Below, piece by piece: positions 35,031-43,367 of a stretch of DNA of 64,000 nt; the stretch's first letter is position 1; the number at the start of each line of letters is the position of its first letter. The translations under genes were made by a program, and so were the position numbers. This stretch comes from a virus, in the IMG/VR virus record IMGVR_UViG_3300027881_000008, positions 11,009 to 75,008 of that record; one strand, 5' to 3'. The notes beneath the pieces were generated by a model. The model ran no database searches and was not told the origin of the DNA. It worked only from the letters and a program-made list of their open reading frames with translations.

Positions 35031-35479
35031 GGCGCCTCCTCGTGAGCCCCGGGCACCTCGGGCACGTCGCGCACCACCTCCATCTCAAGTGGAAGCAGCG
35101 CTTGCGCGAGCGCCGCGTAAAAGTGCTCGCTGGCGTCGTCCGCGCGTTTCGCGGCTACGAGGCGCCACGCGCCCGCCTTGAGCTGCAGATCGAACAGGGC
35201 GTAGTGGGCGCCGCTTGTCCACCATTCGACGGTCGCGTGCCCCGCCACTGGGGGGCCCTCGGTGCAGAGCCGCACACGCATGCTCGCGGGGCGACCGAAC
35301 GCGCACTCTGCTGTAATGACGGCGCTCACCTCGGCCCCGTAGGGGGACTTCCCCACTTCAAGGAGTCGCGTCACGGTCTCCCAGTCGGTCAACCGGCAGC
35401 ACCACGGCAGCTGGAACTCCTCGCTGAGGAGTCCTGCCGCCTCTTCCCAGGCGGGGTGGTTTCGGTGCGTGTTATCCAT
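35027..35479 (-). CDS. hypothetical protein
   Basis: GGAG SD; ends EVPGAHEEAP as does 36451-36723. Confidence 0.6.
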   Translation of the reverse strand: MDNTHRNHPAWEEAAGLLSEEFQLPWCCRLTDWETVTRLLEVGKSPYGAEVSAVITAECAFGRPASMRVRLCTEGPPVAGHATVEWWTSGAHYALFDLQLKAGAWRLVAAKRADDASEHFYAALAQALLPLEMEVVRDVPEVPGAHEEAP

Positions 35480-35504
35480 ATCTTTGCTCCGGTGAGTTGT
35501 GGTC

Positions 35505-35533
35505 GGGGCGCGGCCCGCGGTGAGCCGCGCCCC
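35505..35533. other. GC-rich hairpin
   Basis: GGGGCGCGGC/GCCGCGCCCC 10-bp inverted repeat in an intergenic gap. Confidence 0.6.
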
Positions 35534-35543
35534 TAGGGGGTGG

Positions 35544-36392
35544 TCAGGCGTTGAGCAGCGCGGGCGAGCCCCACGCGAGCAGGATGCCCGCCTCCTGCAC
35601 GTCGGTGACCTTGCTCTTGCCCGCTGCGATTAGTCTTGCAGCGAGGTCGCGCGCGGCCGTCAGGGGCCTCGGTCGCGGCTTTCGGCCGACCGAGGCGAGG
35701 ATCTTGTTGCTGTCGCAGCTGAGCACCAAGCCGGGCGCCAGCTCGGCGACGAGCGCTTGGATGCGGGGCAGGCGCCGGTTGCGCTCGCCCAGGCCCAGGA
35801 GGTGCAGGGCTCGGGGCGGTCGCTCGGTGAGCAGCTCGCGCACCTCAGCGTCCGTCGTAGCGCCCTTCTTGCAGGGCAGGGCGCGGACGAAATCGAAGCC
35901 AAGCTCCGCTTCGCAGCACCGGTCCATCTCGCTCAGACTGAGCAGGCCGCGCTGCAGGGCGACGAGGACGTGCGCTCCCAGTTCGTGCAGCTCGCGCACC
36001 TCGTCGGCGTAGTCGTGCAGGCGCACCAGCGTGGACGCTTGGCAGCCGACGAGGTCGGGTGCGACGACGTGGAGCTGGCTGCCCAGAGCCACCGCGAGGC
36101 GGCGGTAGAGGGCGAGCGTACGGACCCAGCGTTCGTGGGTGTAGGGCTTCACGACGACGAGCCGGCCCGCGTGGGGGCAGAACTGCACCTCGCCGAACGC
36201 GCCGCTGTCCACGAACACGGGGACGCCCGTGCCGGCCAACGCGACGAGCGCGGCCTCGGCGCTGGGTCCGACCTCGGTCGCGGCCACGCCGATGGGCTGG
36301 CCGAGGCGCGAGAAGGCGCGGATTTCGCAGGCCCGGTTGGAGCCGGACGCGAAGTAGAGTGGTGGAGCAGGGTGGTTTCGGTGCTGGTTCAT
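35544..36392 (-). CDS. TGT/DpdA-like base-exchange transglycosylase (putative DNA deazaguanine modification)
   Basis: VFVDSGAF, VAPDLVG, LVALQ, LHLLG, SCDS motifs in TGT-barrel order. Confidence 0.7.
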   Translation of the reverse strand: MNQHRNHPAPPLYFASGSNRACEIRAFSRLGQPIGVAATEVGPSAEAALVALAGTGVPVFVDSGAFGEVQFCPHAGRLVVVKPYTHERWVRTLALYRRLAVALGSQLHVVAPDLVGCQASTLVRLHDYADEVRELHELGAHVLVALQRGLLSLSEMDRCCEAELGFDFVRALPCKKGATTDAEVRELLTERPPRALHLLGLGERNRRLPRIQALVAELAPGLVLSCDSNKILASVGRKPRPRPLTAARDLAARLIAAGKSKVTDVQEAGILLAWGSPALLNA

Positions 36393-36454
36393 CGGTCGGT
36401 CCCTTCGATGGCGACCGCCGCGTCGAAATCGGGGTGGTGGTAGAGGCGGCTCAT
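36389..36454 (-). pseudogene. truncated copy of the 34671-35030 N-terminus (MSRLYHHPDFDAAVAIEGTDR)
   Basis: 21-codon remnant inside the 84-bp repeat; ATGA-coupled to the DpdA-like gene. Confidence 0.7.
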
Positions 36455-36723
36455 GGCGCCTCCTCGTGAGCCCCGGGCACCTCGGGCTGCAGCGCTGCCA
36501 AGGCGTGGCCGACAAGATCGACGAAGTTCCTGTCGAGCACGCTTCCTTCTTTCATGACCTCAAGAGCGTCATCCTCTGTGTCGCAGATTGCGATCACGGG
36601 AGCAGCCTGTAAGACTTCCCATGACCAATTCTTGTTGTAGGCCCGGACAATCCAAGCCTGATTAATGGGTGAGTACTGAGCTATCTGCCCGCTCAAGTAC
36701 AGGCTGCGTCGTTTGCGTGTCAT
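36451..36723 (-). CDS. hypothetical protein, first gene of the leftward block
   Basis: AAGGA SD; visibly lower GC than neighbours. Confidence 0.7.
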   Translation of the reverse strand: MTRKRRSLYLSGQIAQYSPINQAWIVRAYNKNWSWEVLQAAPVIAICDTEDDALEVMKEGSVLDRNFVDLVGHALAALQPEVPGAHEEAP

Positions 36724-36823
36724 GTTGTGTCCTTCTGCCCCTCCCTCGTTCGCCGAGGGGGGTGTCGAGCCAGCCTCGAGTTGAGGTGGCTCTACCTATT
36801 GGTCATTCGCGTAGGGGGACCAT

Positions 36824-36899
36824 TTAGCGTACGGATAATTAAAAAATATCCGTACGCTAAGAATAGGTGCGTACGGATAATAGGGTATTATCCGTACGC
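36824..36899. promoter_or_regulatory. twin palindromic sites GCGTACGGATA-N9-TATCCGTACGC at the divergence point
   Basis: Copies at 36827-36857 and 36869-36899; AT-rich spacers; 42-bp period. Confidence 0.85.
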
Positions 36900-37260
36900 T
36901 GCTAGAGGGTCGCCGCGAGCCAACACTGGTTGAGGCCGCTGCCACGATGCAGCCGCCCACCGAGCTCCTCTCAATTCGGAGGCGAGCCGGTCCCAGACAC
37001 CCCACAGGAGGTGGAGCAGAGTCGCTGTGCCGCACCGGGCCCCATGGCCACGGTAACCCGGCGCAAGCTAGCCAACGAGGAGACCTCTCCGGGCCATCGT
37101 TGTCGACCGAACGCCTAGCCGCCAGCTCCCGGGAGCTGGCCCCGCCAAGGCACAACCGACGACGGCGCCGAGAGCCCCCACGGCTACCGGGCACAGCGAC
37201 TCTGCTCCGCACCCTGACCAGACCCCCACCGCGAACCACCACCAGGCAGGAGACCCCGCC

Positions 37261-37650
37261 ATGAACAGCGACAGACACGACAAGACGCGCCCCCTTCGAT
37301 GGGGCCTGCAGCCCCCGACCCAGGCCCCCGCCCCGGGCGACCCCCAACCGACCAACCAGCTCAGCGCGGTCGGCCTGGTCCGCCGCGTCGCCGCCTTGCT
37401 CCGCGAGGCCGCCGCCACCCACCGCGACCCCTTCTTTCTGGTGGGCGAGGTGGCTAGCCTGGGTCGCCAGGCACGCCGCCGCGCCGAGTACCGCGGCAGC
37501 GCGGACTTCGCGGACGCCGCCGACGCTGCGGCCGACGCATGTCGCGCGCTGCTGGAGTGCGCCTCGCACTCGGCTCCGCTGGCTGCCCACGCCCGGGTGG
37601 GGTGCGGCCTTCTCGCCGCCTCCTTCGACCGGCTTTGGGGGGCGTCATGA
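37261..37650 (+). CDS. hypothetical protein
   Basis: AGGAG SD; coupled to the methyltransferase. Confidence 0.55.
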   Translation: MNSDRHDKTRPLRWGLQPPTQAPAPGDPQPTNQLSAVGLVRRVAALLREAAATHRDPFFLVGEVASLGRQARRRAEYRGSADFADAADAAADACRALLECASHSAPLAAHARVGCGLLAASFDRLWGAS

Positions 37651-38585
37651 TGCGCACGGCGGATCTCTTCGCCGGGGCCGGCGGCTTCACCGCTGGGGCC
37701 GCGCTGGCGGGCGCCACCCCTGTGTACGCGGCCAACCACCTGCCGTTTGCCGTGGCCACACACAGCCTCAATCACCCCGGCGAGCACGTCTGCCAAGACC
37801 TGCGCCAGGCGGACTGGGCGGCGCTACCGGAGTACGACGTGCTGCTCGCCAGCCCGGCGTGCCAAGGCCACAGCAACGCGAGCCAGCCCAACAGGCGGCG
37901 GCGTCACTCGCAGGACCGGGCGACCGCTTGGGCGGTCATCGACTGCGCCGAGGTCACGGCGCCCTACGCCATCCTGATCGAGAACGTGCCGCAGTTTGCC
38001 GACTGGAAGCTGTACCCGCGCTGGCGGGCGTGCCTCGAAGACATCGGCTATCACGTCGAGACGCACGTCCTCGACGCGGCCAACTTCGGCGTCCCTCAGC
38101 GAAGGCGGCGCCTGTTCGTAGCGGCTACGCTCGACCGCTTCGGTCCCCTCAGCTACGCCCCACCAACGGGAGTGGAGCAGCCGTTTGGCCCCTGCATCGA
38201 CTGGGACGCGGACGCCCGCTGGCTGCGTGTCGCCGACGCGACTGACGGTATCCAGGCCCGCATCGCAAAGGGCAGGCGCAACCACGGCGCCGTCTTCCTT
38301 TCTCAGCATGTCACCGGCCACCCCGGCGTCAGCCTGGATCAGAGCATCCGAACGGTGACGACAAAGGCGCAGTGGAACGTGGTGCGCGGGTCGGTGTACC
38401 GTCCGCTCACCGTGCTCGAACACGCCCGAGCCATGGGCTTCGCCGACGACTACCGCTGGCCGCGGGGCGCCAGCAAGACGGACTGCATCAAGGGACTGGG
38501 CAACGCAGTTTGCCCCCCCGTCGCCGCGTCGCTGGTCGGCGCGCTCGCCGACCACCTGCAACTGAACCTGGCCGCTGCGGCCTGA
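37647..38585 (+). CDS. C5-cytosine DNA methyltransferase
   Basis: DLFAGAGG, SPACQGHS, ENV, GVPQRRRR, LGNAV motifs. Confidence 0.95.
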   Translation: MMRTADLFAGAGGFTAGAALAGATPVYAANHLPFAVATHSLNHPGEHVCQDLRQADWAALPEYDVLLASPACQGHSNASQPNRRRRHSQDRATAWAVIDCAEVTAPYAILIENVPQFADWKLYPRWRACLEDIGYHVETHVLDAANFGVPQRRRRLFVAATLDRFGPLSYAPPTGVEQPFGPCIDWDADARWLRVADATDGIQARIAKGRRNHGAVFLSQHVTGHPGVSLDQSIRTVTTKAQWNVVRGSVYRPLTVLEHARAMGFADDYRWPRGASKTDCIKGLGNAVCPPVAASLVGALADHLQLNLAAAA

Positions 38586-38596
38586 AAGGACACACG

Positions 38597-38770
38597 ATGA
38601 TAGGGAAGACAAAGGCCGTCGCGGTTCCGTGCGACGAGGAGGACGAGGCTGGTGGCCCCGTCCGCACCTGGGACGTCGTCTACCGCGACCGCGTCGTTGA
38701 GCAGGGCTACCGCACCCGTCGCCAGGCGCGGGCGGCAGCAGCGGCTTTCGCCAGGGGGGCGAGGCCGTGA
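38597..38770 (+). CDS. small hypothetical protein (MIGKTK...)
   Basis: AAGGA SD; GTGA overlap with the next gene. Confidence 0.55.
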   Translation: MIGKTKAVAVPCDEEDEAGGPVRTWDVVYRDRVVEQGYRTRRQARAAAAAFARGARP

Positions 38771-39579
38771 TCACCAACGTCAACCAGCGCTGGCGCGAGC
38801 GCCGCGCGAGCTACCGCCCGGCGGGCGAGCCCATCGATACCTCGCGCTTCGAGGTGGGGCCCCTGCAGGCCGACCTGGCCGAGGCTCGCGCCTTCGTCGG
38901 GCGCCATCACTACCAGCGGACGTGGCCAGCTGCGCGTGAGAGCTTCGGGCTCTACCGCTCCGACCAACTCGTGGGCGTGGCCGTCTTTGGTGTGCCCATG
39001 CAGTCAAAAGTGATCACCGGGTGCCTGCCTGGCGACCCCCTCGACCACGTCGAGCTGAGCCGCTTCGTGCTGCTCGACGAAGTGCCGGGCAACGGCGAGA
39101 GCTGGTTCCTCGCGCGTTGCTTCGCCCTACTCCGCCTCCACGGGTACCGGGGCGTCGTCAGCTTCTCCGACCCGCTGCCCCGCAGCGACAGCGCAGGCCG
39201 GGTCACGACGCCTGGGCACGTCGGGTGCATCTATCAGGCGCACAACGCCGTCTACCTCGGGCAGCGAGCGCGCAAGACGATCTACGTGCTCCCCGACGGA
39301 CGCACGTTCAACGGCCGAACGATGAGCAAGCTCCGGGGAGGCGAACAGGGGTGGCGCGGAGCCGCCCGGCAGCTCCAAGCCTACGGCGCCCCCGAACTGG
39401 GGCGCAGGCCCAGCGACAGCGCGCGACGCGCCTGGGCAACGCGCTGGCTCGGCCAGCTCACGACCCGGGTGCGTCACCCCGGTAACCACAAATACGCCTG
39501 GGGCCTCGACCGCGTCACCAAGCGCCACCTCCCCCAGTCCCTCCCCTACCCAAAGCGGCACGCTTCTCTAGCGGCCTGA
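38767..39579 (+). CDS. Mom-family (GNAT) adenine DNA-modification protein
   Basis: FVGRHHY, LVGVAVFGVP, ELSRFVL, ESWFLARC, VVSFSDP, HVGCIYQAHN. Confidence 0.85.
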   Translation: MITNVNQRWRERRASYRPAGEPIDTSRFEVGPLQADLAEARAFVGRHHYQRTWPAARESFGLYRSDQLVGVAVFGVPMQSKVITGCLPGDPLDHVELSRFVLLDEVPGNGESWFLARCFALLRLHGYRGVVSFSDPLPRSDSAGRVTTPGHVGCIYQAHNAVYLGQRARKTIYVLPDGRTFNGRTMSKLRGGEQGWRGAARQLQAYGAPELGRRPSDSARRAWATRWLGQLTTRVRHPGNHKYAWGLDRVTKRHLPQSLPYPKRHASLAA

Positions 39580-39590
39580 AAGGACACACC

Positions 39591-39818
39591 ATGACGTTTT
39601 ATCTCATCTACGCGGCGGACGGCGCCCCCGTGCGCCTTTGTCGTCCGCTCGCCCTCACCTTCGCGTCGGCCGACGAGGCCAACGCTGCCTGCGAGCGCGT
39701 CTTCGGCGCTGCAGCCGTCAACAACACCGTGCTCGTGGCGGCCTTCGGCGACGACGAGGACGAGGCCCCGAGCCCGAGCCGCGAGCAGTGGCTTGCCCTG
39801 GCGGGAGGTGCGTCATGA
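39591..39818 (+). CDS. hypothetical protein
   Basis: AAGGA SD. Confidence 0.6.
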   Translation: MTFYLIYAADGAPVRLCRPLALTFASADEANAACERVFGAAAVNNTVLVAAFGDDEDEAPSPSREQWLALAGGAS

Positions 39819-40633
39819 GCCTCCACGAATGGGAGGTGGGGGAACGCCCGCGCCGGGTGCGCCGCCGCCTCGAACGGGGCGACCAGCCGCTTACTGTGCT
39901 GCTCGCCGAGGGCGCCCACCGCGCCAACATCAAGCGGCACGTGCGCGACCAGGCGCTACGCCTCCTGGCCTGCGAGCGCGTCCCGCGCGGTCTGCTGCCG
40001 CGTCTGCACGCAGCCCGCGAACTGTGGCTGCAGCGCGAGGCCGTCCGCCACGCGCGCCGAGACCCCCTAGCCGAGCCGGCCGCAACGCGGCTCCCGCGTC
40101 TGCTGCTCGCGGTGCTCACCGGCGAGGTGGAGCGGCGCGGCGGTGAGACCACCATCGACGAGGAGCGCCGCACGGTGCATCTGGCCGTCGTGGGCTCTCC
40201 ACAGCTCACGCCGACGGGGCGCGCGTACTTGCTCCGGTGCGAGGGGTGGCGCCACTACAGCGGTCGCTTCGGCGCGCGCCGAGCCACGCTGGCCTACCTC
40301 GCGGGCCGCGACGACGGAGGCCGCTGGGCCGCCCGCGTGCCCGGGACGATGGGGTCGGCAGCCGAGGCCCTCGCTTGGTTGGAGCCCGCCGCCGTCCGCA
40401 AGGCCCGCCAGGCGGGGCGCCGGGTCGTGCGCCAGGGGGACGTCTACGCCGTCGAGACCACCTCGGCGCACGACGGCAAGGGCGAGCTGCCCGAGGACCA
40501 CCATTGGGACGCCGAGCGGCGCACCCTGACTCACCACACCCACCACCACCTGCGCATCGAACACCCGGTGCGTTTTTTCGCCCAGTCCGTACTGGCCATG
40601 GGCCGCACTGGCGGCCGACAACGAGGAGACTGA
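39815..40633 (+). CDS. hypothetical phage protein (RQGDV and His motifs)
   Basis: GGAGG SD; ATGA overlap. Confidence 0.65.
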   Translation: MSLHEWEVGERPRRVRRRLERGDQPLTVLLAEGAHRANIKRHVRDQALRLLACERVPRGLLPRLHAARELWLQREAVRHARRDPLAEPAATRLPRLLLAVLTGEVERRGGETTIDEERRTVHLAVVGSPQLTPTGRAYLLRCEGWRHYSGRFGARRATLAYLAGRDDGGRWAARVPGTMGSAAEALAWLEPAAVRKARQAGRRVVRQGDVYAVETTSAHDGKGELPEDHHWDAERRTLTHHTHHHLRIEHPVRFFAQSVLAMGRTGGRQRGD

Positions 40634-40634
40634 A

Positions 40635-41066
40635 ATGAATCTCACCACGCTCATCCGAATGCTGCAGGCCCATCGCGACAAGGGCCACGGAGACGTCCCC
40701 GTCGCCGTTCACGTCTCGGCCGAGGCCGGCTGGGGGCTGGTTCCGCTGCTCGACCAAGTCGGCGCGCTGGGTAGCCTCGACGAGCCCGACGCCATCCTGC
40801 TGGCGGCGCAGGCCGACCAGCTCAACCCCTACGACGACGCCGACCCGCCGTCGGGCACCGCGCGGCTCATCCGCGACGCCCTCGCGCGCTGCGAGTCCTG
40901 CAGTCTCGACGACCCCGCCGACCTGGAGCGCGTCGCGCAGGTCGTCGAGAACATCTTCGCCGAGCTGGTGGACGCCCAGGCCAAGGAGCGCGTCGCGGAG
41001 CTGCGCGCTATCGAGTGCGCGTTGCCCGAGCCGCACGGGCACTGGTGCTGCGGGGGGAGGGCGTGA
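40635..41066 (+). CDS. hypothetical protein
   Basis: AGGAG SD; MNLTTLIRMLQ...GDVPV phage-like start. Confidence 0.65.
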   Translation: MNLTTLIRMLQAHRDKGHGDVPVAVHVSAEAGWGLVPLLDQVGALGSLDEPDAILLAAQADQLNPYDDADPPSGTARLIRDALARCESCSLDDPADLERVAQVVENIFAELVDAQAKERVAELRAIECALPEPHGHWCCGGRA

Positions 41067-41227
41067 GCGCCTCCCGGGGGCTCGACTGGGCCCAGGCCGT
41101 GGACGGCGCGCTAGCCGTGGCCGCCGCCGAGCTGGCGGCGCTAGGGCCCCAGGGGTGGGTGCAGCTTGGCTGCATCGCCGTCGTGTCGTGGCTGGGCACT
41201 CGCGCGATCACGGGGAGCGCCCGATGA
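41063..41227 (+). CDS. small membrane protein
   Basis: GTGA/ATGA overlaps; hydrophobic. Confidence 0.45.
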   Translation: MSASRGLDWAQAVDGALAVAAAELAALGPQGWVQLGCIAVVSWLGTRAITGSAR

Positions 41228-41478
41228 CCGAGCGCCGCTACCGCGGTCGCGTCTACGTCCAGATCGACCCCGGCGAGCTGGTCGAGGGCGACGTGGTCGA
41301 GTACCAGGACCGCGGCTTCCGCGTCGGCCGCGTCGAGGCCGTCCACCACGGCCGGAAGCGCCACTGGGTCCGGGTGGCGGCCATCACCTACAACGGCGCG
41401 GTGGTGCGCCCCCGGCGCAAGTTAGAGCTGCGCGAGGTGCAGACCGCCTGGCGGCGCCGGACGGAGGCGGGGTCGTGA
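41224..41478 (+). CDS. small beta-barrel hypothetical protein
   Basis: GGGAG SD; ELVEGDVV motif. Confidence 0.55.
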   Translation: MTERRYRGRVYVQIDPGELVEGDVVEYQDRGFRVGRVEAVHHGRKRHWVRVAAITYNGAVVRPRRKLELREVQTAWRRRTEAGS

Positions 41479-42239
41479 GCATCGTCGACAAAGTGGCTGC
41501 CCTCCTGCGTCTCGCCGAGGGGCGCGGGACCACCGCAGCGGAAGCAGCGACGGCCGCGAGCGTCGCCCAGCTGCTCATGGCGCGGCACCGCATCACGCGG
41601 GCCGAACTTCACAGCGGTGACCCGGACCCGATCCGCCACCACCTCGAGCCCCTGCACGAAGGCGCGCGGCTGGTGAGCTGGCGCCGCCGGCTGATCGCAG
41701 GGATAGCTCGAATAAACGGATGCCGCGTCGTCATACGCCAGCGTGGCAGCTGGCGCTCGCTCGAACTCGTGGGGCGCGACGGCGACGCCAAGGTCGCTCG
41801 GTATCTGGTGGAATACGTCGCCCGCGAAATCGACCGCCTCGCCCGTCGAGCTGTCGCCGAGCGGCGCGAACTGGGGGCGGCGGGAGGCGCACGCGCCTTT
41901 GGCAGCAGCTTCCGCCTTGCCGCTGTCGCCGAAGTGGTGGGGCGGCTGGAGCGCGACACCCGCGCAGCGCCGGCGGGCACGTGCGTAGCGATCATAAACG
42001 TCGCGAGGGACGGAGAGGCGCTCGACAAGTTCGTCGCGTCGGTGGCGACCGGCACCGAGGCGCGATGGTCCCCCAGCGGCGAACAGGACCGGGGCGGACG
42101 CGCCGCTGGCCGCAGAGCAGGCCGTTCGCTCCCGCTTCGCCGCGGGGTCCCCGGCGGCGACGACGCACCGCCACGGCCGCTTCTTCCGCAGAAGTGTTGC
42201 CCCCCTGGCAACACTTGCGATACAAGGGGTGAGTCATGA
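41475..42239 (+). CDS. DUF2786-domain protein
   Basis: DKVAALLRLAE...EAATAASVAQLLMARHRI. Confidence 0.85.
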   Translation: MSIVDKVAALLRLAEGRGTTAAEAATAASVAQLLMARHRITRAELHSGDPDPIRHHLEPLHEGARLVSWRRRLIAGIARINGCRVVIRQRGSWRSLELVGRDGDAKVARYLVEYVAREIDRLARRAVAERRELGAAGGARAFGSSFRLAAVAEVVGRLERDTRAAPAGTCVAIINVARDGEALDKFVASVATGTEARWSPSGEQDRGGRAAGRRAGRSLPLRRGVPGGDDAPPRPLLPQKCCPPGNTCDTRGES

Positions 42240-42469
42240 GCTACTCCGAATGCCCCAGCTGCCAGCGCAAGGGCTGGCACCGCCCGTCCGCAGCAAAGGC
42301 CCAGCGCGCATGGGGCGCCGTAAGCGGGGCCCCGCAGTTCAGGCGTTGCCGCTACTGCGGGCACGACAACCGCCTGCTGCTCGCCGAGCGAGCGCTCCAG
42401 GCCACTTTCGATGCCGCGCATCGAAAGCTCGCCCGGACGTTAGACAAGAATAAGGAGAACGGAAAATGA
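42236..42469 (+). CDS. zinc-ribbon protein
   Basis: CPSC ... CRYC. Confidence 0.6.
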   Translation: MSYSECPSCQRKGWHRPSAAKAQRAWGAVSGAPQFRRCRYCGHDNRLLLAERALQATFDAAHRKLARTLDKNKENGK

Positions 42470-42666
42470 GAAAACCAAGAACATTCCACTTGCGTTACGT
42501 CACGGCCGTCGACCCCGGAGAGGTGGTGGAACAGACCGTCACGGCCGTCGACCCCGCATGCGCTCTCGGCCTGTTGCTCGACGAGTCCGACGAGGACGAC
42601 CTGCAGCTGAAGTGGGTCGCGATCAGCCGAGAGCCCTTCAGGCACTGGCCAGAGGAGACATTATGA
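42466..42666 (+). CDS. hypothetical protein
   Basis: AAGGAG SD. Confidence 0.6.
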   Translation: MRKPRTFHLRYVTAVDPGEVVEQTVTAVDPACALGLLLDESDEDDLQLKWVAISREPFRHWPEETL

Positions 42667-43067
42667 GCGACATGGAACAAGTAGCACGGCGAGCAGTGGA
42701 CTGTGAGGGCTGGCGCTGTATGCGAGGTATGCTGTGTCTCACCGACGAGGACGGATACGCAGCGCGAATACTTCACGTCAGCCGTTTCAGCTACCACGCT
42801 GCTCTGCCCGACCTCGCCGACCCTGCAACGCTCGGGTGCCTTCTCCATTTGGTTAGAGAGGCGTGGAAGGATGAAGGGCTCACCGCCGTGGTTGCCAACT
42901 ACGATCACGAGAATGGGTATCAATGGCGGGTTGTCGGTGGTCATCACCATGGCTCAACCTTCATGGCAATGGGCCAAAAAAGGTATTCGACCGAAGCAGA
43001 GGCCTTGGTCACAGCGCTGGAGGCAGCAGTTGCGCTCGACGCAAGAGAACGGGTTGAATCCGCATGA
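42663..43067 (+). CDS. hypothetical phage protein
   Basis: GAGGAG SD; LPDLADPATLGCLLHLVREAW...TEAEALVTALEAA. Confidence 0.7.
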   Translation: MSDMEQVARRAVDCEGWRCMRGMLCLTDEDGYAARILHVSRFSYHAALPDLADPATLGCLLHLVREAWKDEGLTAVVANYDHENGYQWRVVGGHHHGSTFMAMGQKRYSTEAEALVTALEAAVALDARERVESA

Positions 43068-43169
43068 ATGGCTGGTCTGTCCCCGCCAAACGCACCCAGG
43101 CCCCCTCTCGGCGCCGTTCCGCCGCGAGCGACGATTGGATCTAGCCCGAGATTGGGTTAGGGATGTACC

Positions 43170-43367
43170 GTGAAACGGTTTGTCGTGCGCGGTAAAGTGA
43201 CGCTCGACGTCTCTACGATGGTGGAGGCGGACGACCAGGAGCGGGCCGTGGACGAGGCTGTTTGCGCGTTGGTGGCAGAGCGCGTCCGCGGGATGGGGTA
43301 TCCTACCGACATGGTCGTCGAAGCTACCGCGATGCGAGCGCGCGAAATCCCGCCGCGCCCCAGGTGA
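43170..43367 (+). CDS. hypothetical protein
   Basis: GTGA-coupled to the helicase. Confidence 0.5.
   Translation: MKRFVVRGKVTLDVSTMVEADDQERAVDEAVCALVAERVRGMGYPTDMVVEATAMRAREIPPRPR

Larger units (their letters stand above)
34980..36487. repeat. 84-bp direct repeat (34980-35063 and 36404-36487)
   Basis: TTCGATGGCGAC...GGGCACCTCGGGC with 1 mismatch; spans a stop/SD/start junction. Confidence 0.95.
38577..39589 (+). repeat. 19-bp direct repeat of a stop+SD junction (38577-38595 and 39571-39589)
   Basis: GCGGCCTGAAAGGACACAC, each followed by (G/C)ATGA. Confidence 0.9.

Noticed and set aside
34980-36487. IS element or composite transposon
   Set aside because: Repeats are direct, encode a gene junction, and no transposase motif is present.
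42498-42555. 19-bp duplication encoding VTAVDP twice
   Set aside because: Small intragenic duplication with no further copies or context.
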